This document shows positions 59,699-64,000 of a stretch of 64,000 nt of DNA, piece by piece. Where the stretch lies: contig JAZRAL010000023.1 of NCBI GenBank assembly GCA_045634545.1, forward strand, positions 1,161 through 65,160, in the 5' to 3' direction. The translations under genes and the position numbers were made by a program. The stretch comes from Alphaproteobacteria bacterium. Its GTDB lineage: Bacteria > Pseudomonadota > Alphaproteobacteria > RF32 > CAG-239. Position 1 is the stretch's first letter. Each line of letters starts with the position of its first letter. The notes beneath the pieces were generated by a model. It made no database searches and was not told where the DNA came from. It saw only the letters and a program-made list of their open reading frames with translations.

Positions 59699-62398
59699 CT
59701 ATCTCCCTTGGTCATTTGTTTTTGTTTGAACATTTTGATACTCTTTTTTGGTTAGATGAATACATTTTATTTGTTTTCTTGATTCTTCATCTATACATTT
59801 TGGTTTAAGAGCTAAATCAATGAAAGGCGCTACAGAAGATTCTGGCACAGTTACCATTGATTCTGGAGAAATCCTCATTAACGATGCATTAACTAAGCTA
59901 CTAACGATACTACCTTTTCCTTTGCAATCCATAGAGCTAAGTAGGCTATCTGCAATAGCATTTGCTTCAGTTTTCTCTTTAATTTCATTGATATTTACAA
60001 ATGTTATATCATTTTTTTGCAGACGTTCTAAGTCACTTTGCTTTACACTAAAGTCTGTTAGCATTAATGTTCTTTGAGTGTCCTTATCAAAGAATACATG
60101 AGCAAGTCCTATGCTTTCATCATCTATATTATTTAGCGCAACTGTTGTAACAAAATATCTATCATGACTGCCTTCTGCTATAGCAAGAGCATCTCTATCT
60201 GTGCAAAGGGCTTTAGCTGTCTCAGGAACACTCTCTTTACTAAGTTTTTTAATATTAAAATCTCTGGTTTGTTTAATCATTAATGATGACATAAACTCAC
60301 GAACTGTAACTAGCTCTTCACGTTTGTCTTCATCAATGCCATCTTTTTGTTCAATTACTAACCTTTTTATCGGTTTTTCAATTAAATTATCTTCGCTTTG
60401 ATAATCTGTATTGAAGTTTGGAACGGCAATCATTCCACTTAATTCATCATCATTTGCCAAAGATTTTAAGGCTAAATCCAAAGCTTCATCATCAATTACG
60501 TCTGACATTGAATAATTTTGGTTATATTCATCATTAATTGATTCTATAAGCACTGATTTTACGCCACTTAATGCGTAGTCTGGAAAATCTTCCGGTTTAG
60601 CATTGAATGTATCTTCGATGCTATCTTTTCCATGATAGCCTGCAAATTCAAATTTAAGACCTTTAGCTATTTCTATAAATTGAGACCATGCTTCATCTAT
60701 TTTTTGAACAGTATCTTCTTTATTGGCTGCGCCTTTTAATTTTTCGCTTAAATCATCTGGATAGAACATTTCATGTAATTTACTTAAAATTTCTTGTCCA
60801 AAATCTGTACCTTTGGTTAGGGCTTTTGCCCTATCCATAGTTTTGATAGCTTTTTCTTGCTCTGATTTCACATCAAAGTCTGACATATAATCTTCGCCAA
60901 TGCCAAGACTATCTAAAACAGACGCATCCGAACTTCCTTCTAATTTATCAATTTTTGAATGTTGATATAGCTTAAATACATAACGCAAGTCAACTACAGC
61001 TCTGTTTGCTAAATAATCAGTATAACCTGATGCTAAGCTTTCATCTTCTGCCATTGCTTGAATTAATTGATCTGCTTCATATAACAAAGAACCAACGGCA
61101 ATTCCTGTTTTTATGGTTCTATCAATATGTTTGATATTAAACTTTTCTTCTGCAGGAATTTCTTTCTTTTCTTCTTCTGTTAAACCAACCTCTCTAAAAT
61201 ATTTAACTTGAGCACTTAATTTGGCAGGATTGGTTTCATAAGCTTCTTGGTTTAACATATGAACATAATATGCTGGTGATCCTGTTAAATGCTTTAAGGT
61301 TCTTGAAATAAAGTCTTCTTTTTGAGGGTTAGAGATTGTTCTTGTATCAATACCTGCACCTTTACGAGAAATTTCTGGACGACTATCTTCTCTGGCACTC
61401 ATACCCATATTATCTTGTGCTTGGTTACCTGTTGCAAGATACATAAATGTTTGAGGAATTGCACTTCTTTCAAAAGTATATTCTTTATCATCACCACCTG
61501 ATAGTTTTAATCTATCAGCTCCTGGCTCTGACATAAATGCTTCAACAGAAAGCAATCCTTCACCTTCTGGAAGTCTATTGTACTCATCAAGGATAACTAT
61601 ACGTCCAAAATCTGGATGATCTGGATTTAGGGCATTAATTAATGGACCATTTGATGTACCAATACCAATTGAATTAGAAGTATCTTTATCATAGGTAATA
61701 TTTTCCATTGCCATAAATTTATCGCAAACCATTTCGATATAGTCTGGAGATTCGTTAATTGATGTCCAGTCTATTGAAATACGAGTTTTACCATTTTCTC
61801 TTTTTTCTTGAGAAACGACACTATCACCTTGGCTATCTACACCTAATGCATTTACAAGATATGCTAATGACTCTGAAGATAATTCACCACCTGTTTTGTG
61901 TAAATATGTAAGGTGAGCATCAATTTTATTTTTCTTTGCAACTTTATTTACCCCAATTTCAGTTCTTTTATATACTTGTTCAGGGTCTTTTAAGTTTTTA
62001 CACTCAAGAACTATTGCACCTTTTTCATGAAGTAAGCGTCCTATTGCTTTCATCAAATATGTTTTACCATTACCTGGTGCACCAATTGCTGTGTATGCAT
62101 AACTCTTAGTTTTAGTAGAAGTTCTTCGTTCATCCAACCTTGTCATAATTTCCACCATATCAGGTAAAAGGTTTGGGTCTGACACAACTTCTCTTATAAA
62201 TCTACCATAAATTTGTTCTGTTGTTTCATCTCGCATTGTAGGAACATATAGAGGTTTTTTATCATCGGCGAGCCACTTTACCTTTATAACTTCACGTTCT
62301 TTACCATCAAGGCCTTTTACAACTTCTTTTTTAAAACCTACAGGAATTGGATACTTTTTTGTTCCTATTTTATGTAAATACACCTTACTCATGGCCAT
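59699..62398 (-). CDS. large MoxR-like (AAA_5/helix-2-insert clade) AAA+ ATPase, 899 aa
   Basis: Walker A 'GAPGNGKT' (nt 62060-62083). Walker B 'IVILDEYNRLPEG' (nt 61574-61600) resembles the MoxR 'DEINRA' form. About 159 aa separate K112 and D271. About 520 aa of unassigned C-terminal region. Confidence 0.65.
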   Translation of the reverse strand: MAMSKVYLHKIGTKKYPIPVGFKKEVVKGLDGKEREVIKVKWLADDKKPLYVPTMRDETTEQIYGRFIREVVSDPNLLPDMVEIMTRLDERRTSTKTKSYAYTAIGAPGNGKTYLMKAIGRLLHEKGAIVLECKNLKDPEQVYKRTEIGVNKVAKKNKIDAHLTYLHKTGGELSSESLAYLVNALGVDSQGDSVVSQEKRENGKTRISIDWTSINESPDYIEMVCDKFMAMENITYDKDTSNSIGIGTSNGPLINALNPDHPDFGRIVILDEYNRLPEGEGLLSVEAFMSEPGADRLKLSGGDDKEYTFERSAIPQTFMYLATGNQAQDNMGMSAREDSRPEISRKGAGIDTRTISNPQKEDFISRTLKHLTGSPAYYVHMLNQEAYETNPAKLSAQVKYFREVGLTEEEKKEIPAEEKFNIKHIDRTIKTGIAVGSLLYEADQLIQAMAEDESLASGYTDYLANRAVVDLRYVFKLYQHSKIDKLEGSSDASVLDSLGIGEDYMSDFDVKSEQEKAIKTMDRAKALTKGTDFGQEILSKLHEMFYPDDLSEKLKGAANKEDTVQKIDEAWSQFIEIAKGLKFEFAGYHGKDSIEDTFNAKPEDFPDYALSGVKSVLIESINDEYNQNYSMSDVIDDEALDLALKSLANDDELSGMIAVPNFNTDYQSEDNLIEKPIKRLVIEQKDGIDEDKREELVTVREFMSSLMIKQTRDFNIKKLSKESVPETAKALCTDRDALAIAEGSHDRYFVTTVALNNIDDESIGLAHVFFDKDTQRTLMLTDFSVKQSDLERLQKNDITFVNINEIKEKTEANAIADSLLSSMDCKGKGSIVSSLVNASLMRISPESMVTVPESSVAPFIDLALKPKCIDEESRKQIKCIHLTKKEYQNVQTKTNDQGR

Positions 62399-62464
62399 CT
62401 CCTTTTTTTTTTATATCTATATGACTTATTTTATCATATAATTTTGCTTTATACAATAAATTTA

Positions 62465-64000
62465 TTAGTAAAAACGTCCAGTCCTTTCTACCTTTGACAT
62501 TTGTTGTACACTATCTTTTATTAATTTTTGCTTAAGTTCATTAGTTTGAGGTTCTTTTACTTTACTTATTTGCATTCTTTTTAATAAAATTTCAGAAATT
62601 TTTTCACCTAAAGGTTTATTGTCTTCAAATATTCCCTCAACGCTGTCTATTTGTGTTGAACCTTCGGCTTTTTTCTTATTAAGGAAACTTCGCATATAAT
62701 TATTATCATTTGTTCCTGTAAAGAAGAAATCAAACGTTAATTGAGGGTTACCATTTAGTAAAATTTCTAAACACTTATCACCATCTCTATATGTATAGTC
62801 TCCATTATAACCATCAGTTAATGCAAATATATGAGTAAATCCACATATATCTGATGGTTTTTTAGCCATATGGTCAGTTACATCTTTTAGTCCCATTTCT
62901 AAGGCAGGGAAAATTGAGTCATTACAACCACTAGAGCCAAGTGAATCTAAGTTTTCAGCAATTTGTTTAGTTGTCATTCCTGGAATTGCAATAGGAAGAG
63001 CATCTGAACGATGACTATCACCCATAGCATACACAAATACATTTACTTCTTTTATTTTTCTTGATGCTTCATAAAGTATGCATGCTGTATTTAATGCACT
63101 TTGGAAAGGGGCTCCGTACATAGAACCGGAATCATCTAGTAAAATTACAATATTACTTTCTTGAAGCTCTACTTTTTCAATTAATTCATCTTTGCTATAT
63201 TTTCTTTTACTTTTGAAACGATTAAAATCGTCTACACTTAAGCTAGGATCTCCTGTTCTAATTTTTTTCATTAAATTTATATGAGATCTAACGTCTAGAG
63301 TACTTGCACCTCGCTCTGGAGTTAATGTTTTTACTTTTTTTACTTGCTGCCTACCATTTTTTAAGCTATCTAACTTCTTTTGAGTAATTAATTTTTCAAT
63401 TAAAACTCTAACTTTTGCTATATCATCTGCAAATGGAGTAATACGTTTCATGTAGCCATCAAAAGTACCTTCATATAATTCTCTTCCTACAGATGAACCA
63501 CCATATGATGGCTTGCCAAGATCTGATGCTTTCTTTTTACCTTGTTCGGATTGAGCAAGATATTCTTCTAGACTCATAGTTCTGCCTGTTGCTTCCTCAG
63601 ATCTTTGCTTTTTATTATTTTCATTTTCCCTTTCAGGTAATTCTTCTTTTGACAGAGTTTCTTCTGCTTCTTTTGCTAATTCATCAACATTAGAGGCTTT
63701 GTCGCTGATTTGTTCTTTTTGTTCTTTTGTTAATTCACCTTCTCCAGGTTTTTTATTTTGTTCAATTTTAAACTGATCGCTTGATGGATAACCGTTTTCA
63801 TCAACATTATTAGGATCTATGCTACTAGAATTTGGTGATGAAGAGTTCCCTCTTTCTTGAGATTGACCACTTTGACCTTGTCCTTGAGAGTTTCCGTCAT
63901 TTTCTTGACTAGAACTTCCTTGACTTTGAGAATTTCCATCGTTTCCTTGACTTTGGCTTTGACCTTGACTTTGTCCACCTTGTCCTTGGTTTTGGCTTTG
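62465..64000 (-). CDS. von Willebrand factor A (vWA) domain protein, 5'-partial, with Q/S/G-rich and acidic N-terminal region
   Basis: MIDAS 'ILLDDSGSM' (nt 63122-63136) and later 'ALTDGYNGD'. I checked triplet by triplet that the frame upstream of the ATG at 63577 stays open to base 64000 (...QSQNQGQGGQSQGQSQSQGNDGNSQ...). Confidence 0.7.
   Translation of the reverse strand, partial: QSQNQGQGGQSQGQSQSQGNDGNSQSQGSSSQENDGNSQGQGQSGQSQERGNSSSPNSSSIDPNNVDENGYPSSDQFKIEQNKKPGEGELTKEQKEQISDKASNVDELAKEAEETLSKEELPERENENNKKQRSEEATGRTMSLEEYLAQSEQGKKKASDLGKPSYGGSSVGRELYEGTFDGYMKRITPFADDIAKVRVLIEKLITQKKLDSLKNGRQQVKKVKTLTPERGASTLDVRSHINLMKKIRTGDPSLSVDDFNRFKSKRKYSKDELIEKVELQESNIVILLDDSGSMYGAPFQSALNTACILYEASRKIKEVNVFVYAMGDSHRSDALPIAIPGMTTKQIAENLDSLGSSGCNDSIFPALEMGLKDVTDHMAKKPSDICGFTHIFALTDGYNGDYTYRDGDKCLEILLNGNPQLTFDFFFTGTNDNNYMRSFLNKKKAEGSTQIDSVEGIFEDNKPLGEKISEILLKRMQISKVKEPQTNELKQKLIKDSVQQMSKVERTGRFY

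Overview
This is an AT-rich, gene-dense bacterial chromosomal segment (roughly 30% G+C by eye, not computed). I count about 65 plausible protein genes and five tRNA genes: Ser-CGA, Met-CAT, Phe-GAA, Arg-ACG and initiator fMet-CAT. All calls rest on motif and pattern recognition by eye; no database search was run.

Housekeeping backbone: rnhA, a MATE efflux pump, htpG, cysE, prfB (with the classical +1 frameshift, which the ORF track splits), an Amidase_2 protein, yqgE, PBP1A, accB-accC, comEC-lpxB-lpxI, tadA, a bactofilin/M23 peptidase pair, ftsB and psd. LpxI, a secreted ankyrin-repeat protein and many orphan genes suggest a host-associated alphaproteobacterium-like organism. That is inference only.

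Accessory content stands out in five places:
1. 7.4-12.8 kb, next to tRNA-Met: a phage-derived block with no virion genes. It holds two tandem DUF1566-like paralogs and a minus-strand set of a 747-aa protein with two HEPN-type Rx4H motifs, a T7-type tail-fibre N-domain protein, a holin and overlapped i/o-spanins. There is no endolysin. A promoter followed by two intrinsic terminators sits in front of the fibre/lysis genes. This is my best candidate for an undescribed system, possibly a domesticated lysis-type release or delivery module.
2. 59.4-64.0 kb: an operon of a vWA protein with a Q/S/G-rich N-terminus (runs off the window), an atypically large 899-aa MoxR-like AAA+ ATPase, and a 103-aa protein.
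3. 50.8-55.7 kb: an Mpi-like serine invertase beside a surface-glycan gene cluster.
4. A small secreted protein made of 20-aa repeats, behind a palindrome-guarded promoter next to tRNA-fMet.
5. Scattered, somewhat GC-richer orphan genes that share GTCT(A/T)-type upstream motifs.

Other oddities are a cysteine-less DsbD/ScsB-like protein, a motor-only FtsK, tandem CgeB-like glycosyltransferase paralogs with identical DNA patches, and an AlbA_2/Schlafen-like protein.
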